Source: Lentisphaeria bacterium (GTDB taxonomy: Bacteria; Verrucomicrobiota; Lentisphaeria; Victivallales; UBA1829). Taken from it: DNA of 64,000 bases. The position numbers were made by a program, and so were the translations under genes. Positions 55,601 through 63,162 of this stretch are shown here, in pieces. Numbering within the stretch: the first letter of the stretch is position 1; each line of letters starts with the position of its first letter. The DNA lies in assembly GCA_017541665.1 (NCBI GenBank), contig JAFXYP010000069.1, positions 27,945 to 91,944 of the forward strand, in the 5' to 3' direction. The notes under the pieces were generated by a model. That model was not told the origin of the DNA. It did no database searches and saw nothing but the letters and a program-made list of their open reading frames with translations.

Positions 55601-56378
55601 ATGGGGATACAGGTATCAGGCGCAACATGTCGGGTCTGTCGGCGATTTGTCCGGGACGCAGGAATATGCCGCGCTCTCCGGAAAAAACAAGCTCACGGAC
55701 ATCATCGAAGGCTCGACCGATGCCAATATCCTGCTGATGACCGATGATTTTAATGGTGACGCGCTCTTCGTGGACGACATCTATTCGGCTCTGCCGGGTT
55801 CCATTTCGGAACAGCTGTCGCGCATTGTCCAAATCAATGAAATCCGTGCCGGCGCCGGCAGCGACATCATTGATATGACCAGCCAGCGGTTCCTATATGT
55901 CGGTGACGGCCTCACGATCCGCGGTGGCGACGGCGACGACGTGATCTGGGCGAACAAGGGCGACAACTTCCTTTTCGGCGACGCCGGGGACGATCGCATC
56001 GTCGGAGCATCCGGCAATGATGTGATCGCGGGCGGCATCGGCAACGATTCCATGCACGGCGGCGGCGGAAACGACGTCTTCGCCTTCTGCGACAACTGGG
56101 GAACTGATGAAGTCGAACAGCTCGCTGGTGGTTCCGTTACACTGTGGTTTACATCGGAAATGGAAGGCAAGGTGGCATGGGATGATCTTTCCGAGTCTTA
56201 CACGGACGGTGATAACAGCGTCACCGTTAAGGGGGGCACCTCGGTCGAGCTCAAGTTCGGCGGCGTCGGAGAAGATGCGGCCATGTTTGCTACGTTGTCT
56301 GAAGCAGGGGCATTCAAAGAATTCACCTCGCAAAAGATATTCGAGGAATCCGGCCAGGGGTTCCTTGCCGGCTTGTAA
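49668..56378 (+). CDS. 2236-aa surface protein/adhesin with AIDA-like beta-helix repeats, Ig-like domains and C-terminal RTX Ca-binding repeats
   Basis: Repeated V-SGG-A--VTV--GG units; NIDK-AP / YD-TAP linkers; GGDGDD, GDAGDD, GGIGND, GGGGND nonapeptides; GGAGGAG RBS; no Sec signal. Confidence 0.8.
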   Translation: MSHKYSWTVTSNYHYDATLTTALIKDYLADWLDSSGKDNHFYSLSNMGNLSIWPSDREKQHDTSYHYEEESEEPLDPVPTNSTYEYYENFKLATGLNFAELRSSAAAAGLASHGYIPNGLGLADNTSAGNITFDKNGEIEFAGSNTLAQDITFIDGGYVYFQPGPGAGSGNQTLTGLLASRDLDSVFIAKVARGGSVTLSGGQVRRNLRELSIAEEYNGWTPVSSQTGSGVLVDGLVVRGVLNSVYVGSGASVNHLTVGLDRQWSGSDVSAFVTTDSNGVPKPTYWGSHTNMTIASGGTATNITLGNGGTVYVSGLSDTVTSEWVVTGTSGGSMVGDGYWKYTTAYASGTGGILKDLNMASSGGLQFEGITDPRATWNYPSNGYLNSRSYMSGFLATAPQSSYVSFGSNASGSNINIGKGGSLYIDKGARVSAISMGGLTTSTTFVNSSGTTDTWIGDRGASLQIRGGYVSGVVMDPVLQTFDYYSAAHDYFWLHSETIKDAYSSAHGSYGSGEAWSSAMYASASATYRQYMSAMYTSGAVYTNLGDDTAYNRRYVGGDIGVAGGWIMNVSGFSYLGVAADVDVTVSNNVSTWKTYQYTDGNVSKAIGAVSATLDVTGGAHVYNVKIEGGRVIMTGGGEVNARWHSRENKQSNYNLVEDLDLRIGDVLGLGSAYPAVIEFFGEGSGGYKQYISSGGTSGYVDYTWDAIDPGEIHSVTASKGLVVSANWTTHQDFTYIGSGAVTFNGLGTVVLKDNHSRYSSDSYYGTGPYLGSAFDEYYFGVVKGVYNEEDGVLENYTVLDGDVSSGGFDWEGFLMVGSGGIVQNIGSASPLKTGNDIVNSDTWTPEYTRDKCKVLTVVAGGSANNVTVKGAVSNFEHYESQYTESRAGLLVSSGGTATNVTVLEGGIAMAKGGTIDKVFVAAGGVLYLSGWAGAHQVGERDSDYNLQLSGPQYMDTTVLNGVRLDSGGQLTNTLDWGFRAGNAPSVIANKGGGIMNGVTANGVAYVSGLDYAGGITLTKDQQAIDVTVRGYKTITSRDEEGNPTAYTTTIASLNVSSGGIVKGATVGDEGAIYVSNGADVSGLVASGGRIVFANSSGWSDYFAGSATVNGITVKDGGALEVNSKFGLTATDVKIEQDAGLTFTLGKAANEDYTPTALNGTWTADWGSGTFQTNDGVLTGFGGQFGHEYRDLFYSSAYVSARLSMTIVEGGVLAGGDLRGYGSVLVKNGGKMLDTKLQGITANIATSGYASGLSATVASGKNAYGTNIYVYGSGAVAEATVLNGGYMGVERGGVVNSVTMLCPEGYEGPAGNDTQVGPVEFEVMAGGTANNVIASAGVITLLDGSKEPGTAGPTLSNADVHSAAMLIVKGDGAVLDGTLNLAGTVFTTGKRYEYVEVEVTDPNTGDTYTDYQRVELNNSVADAATLTVNFDLTELEAPGETAMIDNLANLTGVKLDKISVSADQTQGAYVLAGGSEDYNGALKVVRDGSFAGTITVGGYLQVTDDLTYSLLKNDNNDLVFSVMSTDAAITNIVATSDGKELLKGKWSKYAVNIKTEVNQYSKSIWYRIKQAVKPRTRGTLLYAPGDVDDDGWIELDNEKGITLSEYCTVEFKAKNEKGADSKIVEYIVNYDATAPVIDGLRLVSGEPFLTPGVESAVVVSVTDDLDATPALQLSLNDGMWTDVIHNDDGSYIFNLTGGIEGFTLRAIDHAENETVLSVSVPNDPVAAADIVTVTNQDVTVSAEFSADAMIKEFSTDGGETWEDYDEAGVVLDNNGTVSFRAGNILGYSAVTDLVVDNIDKDAPVITLAGDNQTPLQSSTLTAEVDDDSEILFSLDQQTWKKYEGQLDVAANGTYYFKATDAADNVGTAEYVFANIRPILSSEVEPQTQTWEKSGEVSQYIVEISTDNFEHVIQLVVESNSLDAFQMPAGNYQIRVKPEDGEWAAVDPVAGTPAATEPKIIKSDADGNADVFFASAIGTWGYRYQAQHVGSVGDLSGTQEYAALSGKNKLTDIIEGSTDANILLMTDDFNGDALFVDDIYSALPGSISEQLSRIVQINEIRAGAGSDIIDMTSQRFLYVGDGLTIRGGDGDDVIWANKGDNFLFGDAGDDRIVGASGNDVIAGGIGNDSMHGGGGNDVFAFCDNWGTDEVEQLAGGSVTLWFTSEMEGKVAWDDLSESYTDGDNSVTVKGGTSVELKFGGVGEDAAMFATLSEAGAFKEFTSQKIFEESGQGFLAGL

Positions 56379-56423
56379 AAACGCAACCTTGCTCGTTTGA
56401 GCTTTTCTTAAACAAATCATCCG

Positions 56424-56466
56424 ACCCTCGGAATCCATGGCGGTTCCGGGGGCTTTCTCTCTTTCT
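56424..56466 (+). terminator. Probable terminator after the giant gene
   Basis: CCCTCGGAA...TTCCGGGGG hairpin followed by a T-rich tract. Confidence 0.5.
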
Positions 56467-56644
56467 TGAAGGGTACGGAATCGAATCAGCGCGTCCCCTT
56501 TACGAGTTTAGGGCCCGCTTGAATACGCAGAATAAACTCCCTGCCTCTCCGCCAAACTCAAAAACGGCCCGCTTCTGACCTTTTTTCGTTGCTGAAAGAC
56601 CCGCATTTTATGATAGGGGGATTGTGTCTTGGGACAGCCGCCGT

Positions 56645-57919
56645 TCATCTTTTCAGATAAGTCCTGAATTCCGGCAACATCTGGTCTGCGATATCATCGG
56701 GGACACCGGCCTCCCTGGCAAAGTCGCCAAACGCCAGCGCCGCCTCGCATACCGTATGGATGATCTCCTGCGGCTTGGAAATGTCAAAGTGCTTTGCCAC
56801 GGCGAGGAAGTCCCTGGCGCTGAAGCCATCGCGTTTCCCGTTGATGGACATCTGGTGCTGCCCCGTCCATTTCGAGCCGGGCTTATAGGCCCATGCCATA
56901 TCGTAGGCGGGCGCAAGATGCCAGACGCCATTCCGCGTCATGAGGAACGATATGTTTTTGGTGTGGTCGTCGTGATTGCGGACAACAGCATTGAAGACCA
57001 TTCGGCGGAACAGCTGGGCTTTTTCGGAGGGAAGCAGTTTCAGCTTCTCCATCGTGTCGAAAGCCTGCTCATAGGAATTCGCCACGGGATTGTTGTAATC
57101 CATGTGCCGCATGGCGCAGAGGGTCTGGATATGAAGTTTTTCCCCGTTCAGCCTGTCAAAACGCTTCGACATGAAGTGGGCGCAATCGTGGTCCTCCAGC
57201 AGACGGCATTCGCTCATCCGGATCCCGGCTGCCTTCGCCATGAGGTAATAGGCATACTCAATGCGACCGTAGGACTTCCCGTCTTTCCGCACATCGAATT
57301 TCAGCAGCCAGTAATCGCATCCGTCCGGAGCTTCGACCTGACCGGAATATACTTCGTTTGTCTCGGAATTCCACGCGATTACGGCTTTGGGACGCGCACC
57401 GCCTGCCGACGATCCGACTTGCAGAATATCGTGGAAGGCTGATTTCTTATCATCCTGAGAAACCTTGAACGATTCCCGTTTCCGCATGATCTCCGCGGCC
57501 AGCTGCGAAAGCGCGTTGACATTGAGTTTCTGCGATTTCCTCACCCGCGACAGCGCCGGCTTGAATTCCAATGCGCCCATGCCCCGTTTCCCGATGTAGC
57601 AGAGCTTTTCAACCGGATCGAACGAGTTTTCAGGACGTCCCTGCGCCCGCAGGAAGGCGTTGATGACCGCATTGCCGAAATAATCCGGCAGCGAGTCGGC
57701 CAGCAATCCGGGCAACCCCTGAAACGTTTCCTCGGAAAGCCTCGGAAAACTGTAGATCTGCTGTCCGGAGATCGGCATCATCAATGGAGCAAGTTCCAGA
57801 TTCTGTTTTTTGAACTTGTCGTCATATTCGAAAAAGGCGACATGAAGCGCCGAATCCCACCCGACTGTCCCGACGAGTGTATCCCAGATAAAAACATTTG
57901 CAAGTGTGGTTATGCTCAT
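56645..57919 (-). CDS. hipA: HipA-family toxin kinase
   Basis: DSLPD-FG, GKRGMGALEF, SAGGARPK, WLLKFD, EYAY, KRFDR, NHDDHTKNISFL, LAPAYD. Confidence 0.92.
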   Translation of the reverse strand: MSITTLANVFIWDTLVGTVGWDSALHVAFFEYDDKFKKQNLELAPLMMPISGQQIYSFPRLSEETFQGLPGLLADSLPDYFGNAVINAFLRAQGRPENSFDPVEKLCYIGKRGMGALEFKPALSRVRKSQKLNVNALSQLAAEIMRKRESFKVSQDDKKSAFHDILQVGSSAGGARPKAVIAWNSETNEVYSGQVEAPDGCDYWLLKFDVRKDGKSYGRIEYAYYLMAKAAGIRMSECRLLEDHDCAHFMSKRFDRLNGEKLHIQTLCAMRHMDYNNPVANSYEQAFDTMEKLKLLPSEKAQLFRRMVFNAVVRNHDDHTKNISFLMTRNGVWHLAPAYDMAWAYKPGSKWTGQHQMSINGKRDGFSARDFLAVAKHFDISKPQEIIHTVCEAALAFGDFAREAGVPDDIADQMLPEFRTYLKR

Positions 57920-58203
57920 GATTTCTTCGTTGCTCTCCGGCGTTCCCTGCCATGAAGTTTAGCCAACTGGATCGGACTGATCGGCGGCAAGGGCAGAAAC
58001 GCATCCAGAGAATCCAGTACGTCAAGTGCGGTCAGAACGCGGATCAGGTTTGCCAGCGTGGACCCCTTGCCGTCTTCCAACCGTGCCACAGAAGCCAAGC
58101 CGATCCCGGCGCGTTCCGCGACCTCTTTCTGGGAGAGATTCCGGTTCAGACGATGCCGTTTGACCCGTTCCCCGATTTCATGTAATGCCTGTTCCGTATT
58201 CAT
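57916..58203 (-). CDS. HipB-like XRE antitoxin
   Basis: RLNRNLSQKEVAERAGI----VARLE-G; 4-nt overlap with hipA; ATG at 58203. Confidence 0.88.
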   Translation of the reverse strand: MNTEQALHEIGERVKRHRLNRNLSQKEVAERAGIGLASVARLEDGKGSTLANLIRVLTALDVLDSLDAFLPLPPISPIQLAKLHGRERRRATKKS

Positions 58204-58226
58204 CGGATCTCCTTTCGATGCCATAC

Positions 58227-58254
58227 AATATAGCACGGAATCGACAGATGTCAA
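58227..58254 (-). promoter_or_regulatory. hipBA promoter with imperfect palindrome over -35
   Basis: Minus strand TTGACA-16 nt-TATATT with TG extension; TTGACA-TC-TGTCGA dyad. Confidence 0.5.
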
Positions 58255-58374
58255 GCCAACAAATCAAAAATGATTGAAAATAGTAGATTGGAAGCAATAA
58301 TATACTGTTTGTAATGCATTGATGTTTTTTGTTTTTTTGCGTTTTCAAAAGGCTCAATTATATGAGAGAGTGAC

Positions 58375-58403
58375 TTGACTTTTCCCGGAACTTGTGATAA
58401 AGT
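58375..58403 (+). promoter_or_regulatory. Array promoter, copy 1
   Basis: TTGACT-17 nt-TAAAGT with TG extension; near-identical to 61956-61984. Confidence 0.7.
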
Positions 58404-58411
58404 AGAGAAAC

Positions 58412-58439
58412 TAAGCAGACTTATTCCGACGCCACGGAG
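58412..58439 (+). repeat. Array boundary repeat 1 (core + right arm, degenerate)
   Basis: TAAGCAGACTTATTCCGACGCCACGGAG. Confidence 0.7.
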
Positions 58440-58561
58440 GATATAACATGAAATACAAAACGGTCAGTACCATCGCCGCGATCCTCTGTCCACTGGCGAC
58501 ACAATACCGGCGAACGGAAAAACGTTATAATAAGAAACAACAACACACAGGGGGTCCCGAT

Positions 58562-59674
58562 ATGAAAACGAAAGCGATTCGCAACATTTTTTTCGCCGTC
58601 ATCGCGGTCTTCCTGACCGCCGCAGCGTTCACCGGATGCGAACAGGCCGAGAAGGCCAGAGCCGGGTCCATCAGGACTGACGAACAAAGCCGGATCGATG
58701 CTTCGGAATTCGACCTTAGGATCACGGTGACGGACACGGACGGCAAGCCTTTGGACGGCGTCACGATGGAGCTGGAATTGAAACGTCCGAAGCTCCCCCT
58801 GCTCAGCGGCGAATGGGAATCCCAAAGAGAGAAGGAGAAAACAGTCAAATCAAAAATCCATATTCAGGAAAAAGGCTGGACGAAAATTGATCTTCGTTTT
58901 CGGAAAGACGGTTATCATTTGGAACAACGCAGTTTCTCCATCAACATCATGAATGAAGACAAAGCCAATCTGTTTGTGAAACGGGATCTCCAGGTCAAAA
59001 TGTCCAAGCAGATGTCTCTTGCTTCTTTGTTCGGGGGTGGCGGTGTATTGTCATATAATATTGAGAATGGTAAAAGAGAGATCCTTGATATCGATATTTT
59101 CCCCAAAAAAGCAGGAAAGGAGACTACTGATCTGAAAAAGAAAGAAGAAATGAAGAGCGAGGAAGACGAAGAGAATGAGGAAGACGAGGATATCGAGGAT
59201 GAAATAATCAAGGATCCCCATATTATTTCAATCGATTCAAAGGCCAAGCCGGCAACCGTAAAATATATGGAAATTGACTTCAGGAGAGATAAGGACGGCA
59301 GCATTGTCTATGATACGGCCGATACGAAAGGGGTTGCCAAACCGACCTCATGTATTGTTCGATTCTGCTCCGACGATCCTGGTGATGGATTGCTGTTTGT
59401 TTCCAAAGTGGAGTCCCCGAAAAGTTGGGAAGCCGAAAAAGAACTTACAACCGCCCCGGAGAAAGGTTATAAAAAAGAAATTGCAATTGACCTTGGAGAA
59501 AAGAATAAAAAATTCTACGTGTTTTGTTATATAAAACAAGGTGACCATTACGGAAAAGCAAGGCTTGGGCCGGTGTATATTCAGGAAGAAAAGAATAAGA
59601 TCCAGCTTGTCAAAATGAATGTAAGAGTTTCATTCAACACGCTGGAAGGCGACCGGAACGTGAATACCTTTTAA
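58562..59674 (+). CDS. Lipoprotein of unknown function
   Basis: MKTKAIRNIFFAVIAVFLTAAAFTGC lipobox; VTD-DGKPLDGV (carboxypeptidase-regulatory-like beta fold); an in-frame upstream ATG at 58448 is a remnant of another gene's start. Confidence 0.72.
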   Translation: MKTKAIRNIFFAVIAVFLTAAAFTGCEQAEKARAGSIRTDEQSRIDASEFDLRITVTDTDGKPLDGVTMELELKRPKLPLLSGEWESQREKEKTVKSKIHIQEKGWTKIDLRFRKDGYHLEQRSFSINIMNEDKANLFVKRDLQVKMSKQMSLASLFGGGGVLSYNIENGKREILDIDIFPKKAGKETTDLKKKEEMKSEEDEENEEDEDIEDEIIKDPHIISIDSKAKPATVKYMEIDFRRDKDGSIVYDTADTKGVAKPTSCIVRFCSDDPGDGLLFVSKVESPKSWEAEKELTTAPEKGYKKEIAIDLGEKNKKFYVFCYIKQGDHYGKARLGPVYIQEEKNKIQLVKMNVRVSFNTLEGDRNVNTF

Positions 59675-59683
59675 TGAACAGGA

Positions 59684-59716
59684 CACCCCCAGCCGACTAA
59701 CCCCGACACCACGGAG
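59684..59716 (+). repeat. Array boundary repeat 2
   Basis: CACCCCCAGCCGACTAACCCCGACACCACGGAG. Confidence 0.9.
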
Positions 59717-59728
59717 TGAAACATTGAT

Positions 59729-60217
59729 ATGGAACTTGACATAAAAACGAAAACGGCCTGGATTCTGGCGGGCAGGATCGCGCTCGGCGCGGTCTGCGTG
59801 CTGGTCACGGTCCTGTCGCTGTCCCGGCTGGGAAGCGACGAGTGGAGGACGCTTTGGGAATGGCTGTCCACCATTGCCCGCAGAAGTCCGCTGGGCTTTG
59901 CGATCTTTGTGGCGGGAGTCGTCAACCTCTTCCTCCTCTTCGGGCTCTATTTGTGGGGGGACAAGCGCACGCGGCGGGTCCTGCTGCCGATGTGCATCCT
60001 GCTGCCGCTGCATTTGTTTTCTTTCATGCACATCACCTTTCTCTTTCCGATTGTCGACCTGATCCTGCTCTTGGTACCGATCCCCTGCGTGATCGAAGCG
60101 ATCGCCCGGAAAAAACCTCTCCTCGGGATCGCGGCGGCGTTTTGGGCGTTCTACCTTCTCGCAGGGGTATATCTATGCTATGATTTCTGGTCGAAGATCT
60201 CGCACCTTGCCAAATGA
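59729..60217 (+). CDS. Small integral membrane protein
   Basis: 162 aa with 4-5 hydrophobic segments, bounded by repeats; RBS from the repeat. Confidence 0.7.
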   Translation: MELDIKTKTAWILAGRIALGAVCVLVTVLSLSRLGSDEWRTLWEWLSTIARRSPLGFAIFVAGVVNLFLLFGLYLWGDKRTRRVLLPMCILLPLHLFSFMHITFLFPIVDLILLLVPIPCVIEAIARKKPLLGIAAAFWAFYLLAGVYLCYDFWSKISHLAK

Positions 60218-60220
60218 TTC

Positions 60221-60259
60221 CCTCACCACCCCCAGCCGACGAACCCCGACACCACGGAG
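60221..60259 (+). repeat. Array boundary repeat 3 (full length)
   Basis: CCTCACCACCCCCAGCCGACGAACCCCGACACCACGGAG. Confidence 0.9.
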
Positions 60260-60267
60260 AATATAAC

Positions 60268-61356
60268 ATGAAAAAGAAAACTGTTTGGATCACCGCCGCG
60301 ATCATCGGTTTGGGCGCGCTCGCAGTCGTCCTTGCGCTGGCGTTCACGCATTGGAACAAAGACGGGAAAAAGGAACGGAGAACGGTGCCGCAATACACGC
60401 TGGAGGAGCTGGAGAATGCGGACATAACGGCGACCGAGGCAACGAACGCCGACAGTAATGAATCGGCGGGCACAACGCTGAACAATGACCAATGGGAAGA
60501 ACTGGCCGAATCCCTCTTTCAGGAAATTCGTTTTTGGTCATCGCATGATAACAAAAGTAAAACGGAAGCCAGACTTAGCACATATGACCGTATTGAGCTC
60601 TGGCGCAAAGAACATAAACTCGAAAAAGATGATATAACGAAGATTTTTGTCAAAACAATTCAAGATTATTTTTTGGAAGTGGAAAAGAAATCGGAAAATA
60701 AAAAACTTATGATGTGGCATCGTTATGCTATCTCCCTTCTCCATTATTATCCGCCGCCTCAAAAACAGTTCATGGAATTGGTTCAGAAAACCGCCGAATT
60801 GGAACCGGATTATGTTGAAATGGTCATTTATGGGTATATAAACGCATACCCTGATTGGATTTTTGATGATAAACCGATTCTTGAAATAATAAATAAAACC
60901 GACTCAACCACATACAGACTTAGTGGCGTATGTTTTGATCTAACAAAACAAATTCTGAAAGAAAAGGATGAGAATCGCAGGAAGAGGCTTCTTCACAAGG
61001 CGCTCGAATGGGCTTTTCAGGATGACAAGCTTGAAATATTTCATGATTTAGATAGAATTTTACTTGATCACTGCGAAGACTACGCAGCGCATCCCGGCCG
61101 AAAGCTCCAGCTGGAAAAGGATTTAAAGCAACGTGAGGAAGCCAGGAAATATACCTTGAGTTACCTCAGGAGCAAATATGCTCTGGAGCATTTCGGCGAG
61201 GGAGATGAAGCGCTTGAAGTGTTATACAAGTTGGATATGGATGACAAAGTAAAAAGTCGTATATTAGAGAAAATGAATGAGATAAAGAAAGCTGGAAAAG
61301 ATCCATCGGCTATTTATACCAAAGAGTTTTTCGATGAACTGAACAACGTAAAATAA
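60268..61356 (+). CDS. Membrane-anchored/exported helical protein, paralog A
   Basis: N-terminal hydrophobic helix; body clearly homologous to 62029-63156. Confidence 0.8.
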   Translation: MKKKTVWITAAIIGLGALAVVLALAFTHWNKDGKKERRTVPQYTLEELENADITATEATNADSNESAGTTLNNDQWEELAESLFQEIRFWSSHDNKSKTEARLSTYDRIELWRKEHKLEKDDITKIFVKTIQDYFLEVEKKSENKKLMMWHRYAISLLHYYPPPQKQFMELVQKTAELEPDYVEMVIYGYINAYPDWIFDDKPILEIINKTDSTTYRLSGVCFDLTKQILKEKDENRRKRLLHKALEWAFQDDKLEIFHDLDRILLDHCEDYAAHPGRKLQLEKDLKQREEARKYTLSYLRSKYALEHFGEGDEALEVLYKLDMDDKVKSRILEKMNEIKKAGKDPSAIYTKEFFDELNNVK

Positions 61357-61361
61357 GCCGA

Positions 61362-61391
61362 CCTCACCACCCCCAGCAGAGTAACCCCGAC
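61362..61391 (+). repeat. Array boundary repeat 4
   Basis: CCTCACCACCCCCAGCAGAGTAACCCCGAC. Confidence 0.85.
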
Positions 61392-61438
61392 CGACACATC
61401 GAACCGAAACACAACGAGAATAAGGAACAATTACAATC

Positions 61439-61810
61439 ATGAAATGGTTCGTCATCCTGTATCTTCCTATTCTGTGCATCTCGGTTTTCATCTTTCTCCG
61501 GGCATTGTTCCGATTCATCAAAGTGAAAGAGTTTTTTGGGAACACGCTTCCTGACAACGAAAAGGAATGTATCAACGGGTTTCCCAACTGCTTCCCGAGA
61601 CATCCGATTTCGGACTATTATAAGGAACACCCTTTGCCTTGGACCAAGGAGACTGTGGACGGGCTTCTGAAACGCAATGAAATCCTTTTGAAATACGACA
61701 AGGAGAAAGCGAAACAGCTGATTCTTGCGGAAAAACAATTGTTTTATTCCTTGAATACCGCGGTCATTGCGACGGGGATATTCGCTTTGCTGTTTTTTGT
61801 GGTGAAATAG
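61439..61810 (+). CDS. Small two-TM membrane protein
   Basis: Hydrophobic N- and C-terminal helices; TAAGGA RBS; bounded by repeats. Confidence 0.7.
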   Translation: MKWFVILYLPILCISVFIFLRALFRFIKVKEFFGNTLPDNEKECINGFPNCFPRHPISDYYKEHPLPWTKETVDGLLKRNEILLKYDKEKAKQLILAEKQLFYSLNTAVIATGIFALLFFVVK

Positions 61811-61819
61811 CCATCTGTT

Positions 61820-61886
61820 CCCCCCCAGCCGACTAACCCCGAATCCAATCGTCCTTCCTGCTCGTCCGCCGACTTCCTGCCCGGAG
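61820..61886 (+). repeat. Array boundary repeat 5 (left arm + core) plus 37-nt terminal tail
   Basis: CCCCCCCAGCCGACTAACCCCGA then CGTCCTTCCTGCTCGTCCGCCGACTTCCTGCCCGGAG. Confidence 0.85.
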
Positions 61887-61955
61887 CCTGCCGGACAGGG
61901 GTGCCCGGCGGTGTCCTGGTTTTGGCGGAAAGTATTAATATATTTAGGGCGGGAC

Positions 61956-61984
61956 TTGACTTTTCCCGGAATAGGTGATAAAGT
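61956..61984 (+). promoter_or_regulatory. Array promoter, copy 2
   Basis: TTGACT-17 nt-TAAAGT with TG extension. Confidence 0.7.
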
Positions 61985-61992
61985 AGAGTTAT

Positions 61993-62020
61993 TAAGCCGA
62001 CTAACCCCCACTCCACGGAG
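61993..62020 (+). repeat. Array boundary repeat 6 (core + right arm)
   Basis: TAAGCCGACTAACCCCCACTCCACGGAG. Confidence 0.85.
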
Positions 62021-62028
62021 AACTTACC

Positions 62029-63156
62029 ATGAAATACAAAACGGTCAGCACCATCGCCGCGATCCTCTGCGGCGGCTTCCTCTCGTTTATTCCGGCATTC
62101 GCGCAGGAGAACACGGATGGAAAAACGGAACAAGACAAGACCTCGCAAATGCAGCCGCATTACACGCTGGAGGAGCTGAAGAATGCTGAAATAACGGCGA
62201 CCGGGGCAACGAACGCCGATAACAATGGATCGTCAGGCACTTCGCTGAACAATGACCAGATGGAAGAATTGACAGAATCACTCTTTCGGGCGATTCGATT
62301 TTGGTCATCACTTGATGACATGTCTTATGAAAAAGCAAGACTTAGCACTTATGATCGTGTTGAACTCTGGCGCAAAGAACATAAACTCGAAAAAGATGAT
62401 ATGACGAATATTTTCGCCAAAACAATTCAAGATTATTTTTTGGACCTGGAAAAGAAAACAGAAAATAAAAAACTCAAGACTTGGCATTCTTATGCTTTGT
62501 CTTATATCAATTATTATCCGCTTCCTCAAAAGGAGTTTATGGAATTGATACAAAAGACTTTTCAATTGGAACCAGAGAGTGTTAAAAAGATTATTTTCGG
62601 ATATATAAGCGCGTATCCGGATTGGGTTTTTGATGACAAACCGATTATTGAAATAATATATAAAACGGACTCAAAAACAAACAGACTTTTCAGAGTGTGC
62701 GCTGATTTAATAGACCAAATTCGTAAAGAAAAGAATGTGGTTCGTAAAAAGAAGCTTCTTGATAAGGCTTTCGAATGGGCTTTTCAGGATGACAAGCTTG
62801 ACATCTTCTGTTTTTTAGACAGAACTTTGCTTGACCACTACGATAAGGAGTATGCAACACATCCTGGACGAAAGCTCCAACTGGAAAAGGATTTGAAGCG
62901 TTATGAGGAAGCCAAGAATTACGACTGGGTTTACCGCCGGACGAAATATGCTCTGGAGCATTTCGGCGAGGGAGACGATGCGTTTGAAATGTTATACAAG
63001 ATGGATACGGATCCCAAATTGCAAGATGGTGAATGGGATCGTTCTGAGCGTAAAAGACGCTCAAGAGAGCATATAGAAGAGATGAAGAAGGCGGGAAAAG
63101 ACCCCAGGTCTGTTTATTCCAAAAGGTATCTTGACGAACTATACAGCGATGAATAA
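62029..63156 (+). CDS. Secreted helical protein, paralog B
   Basis: Sec signal ending AFA-QE; body homologous to 60268-61356. Confidence 0.8.
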   Translation: MKYKTVSTIAAILCGGFLSFIPAFAQENTDGKTEQDKTSQMQPHYTLEELKNAEITATGATNADNNGSSGTSLNNDQMEELTESLFRAIRFWSSLDDMSYEKARLSTYDRVELWRKEHKLEKDDMTNIFAKTIQDYFLDLEKKTENKKLKTWHSYALSYINYYPLPQKEFMELIQKTFQLEPESVKKIIFGYISAYPDWVFDDKPIIEIIYKTDSKTNRLFRVCADLIDQIRKEKNVVRKKKLLDKAFEWAFQDDKLDIFCFLDRTLLDHYDKEYATHPGRKLQLEKDLKRYEEAKNYDWVYRRTKYALEHFGEGDDAFEMLYKMDTDPKLQDGEWDRSERKRRSREHIEEMKKAGKDPRSVYSKRYLDELYSDE

Positions 63157-63162
63157 ACATCC

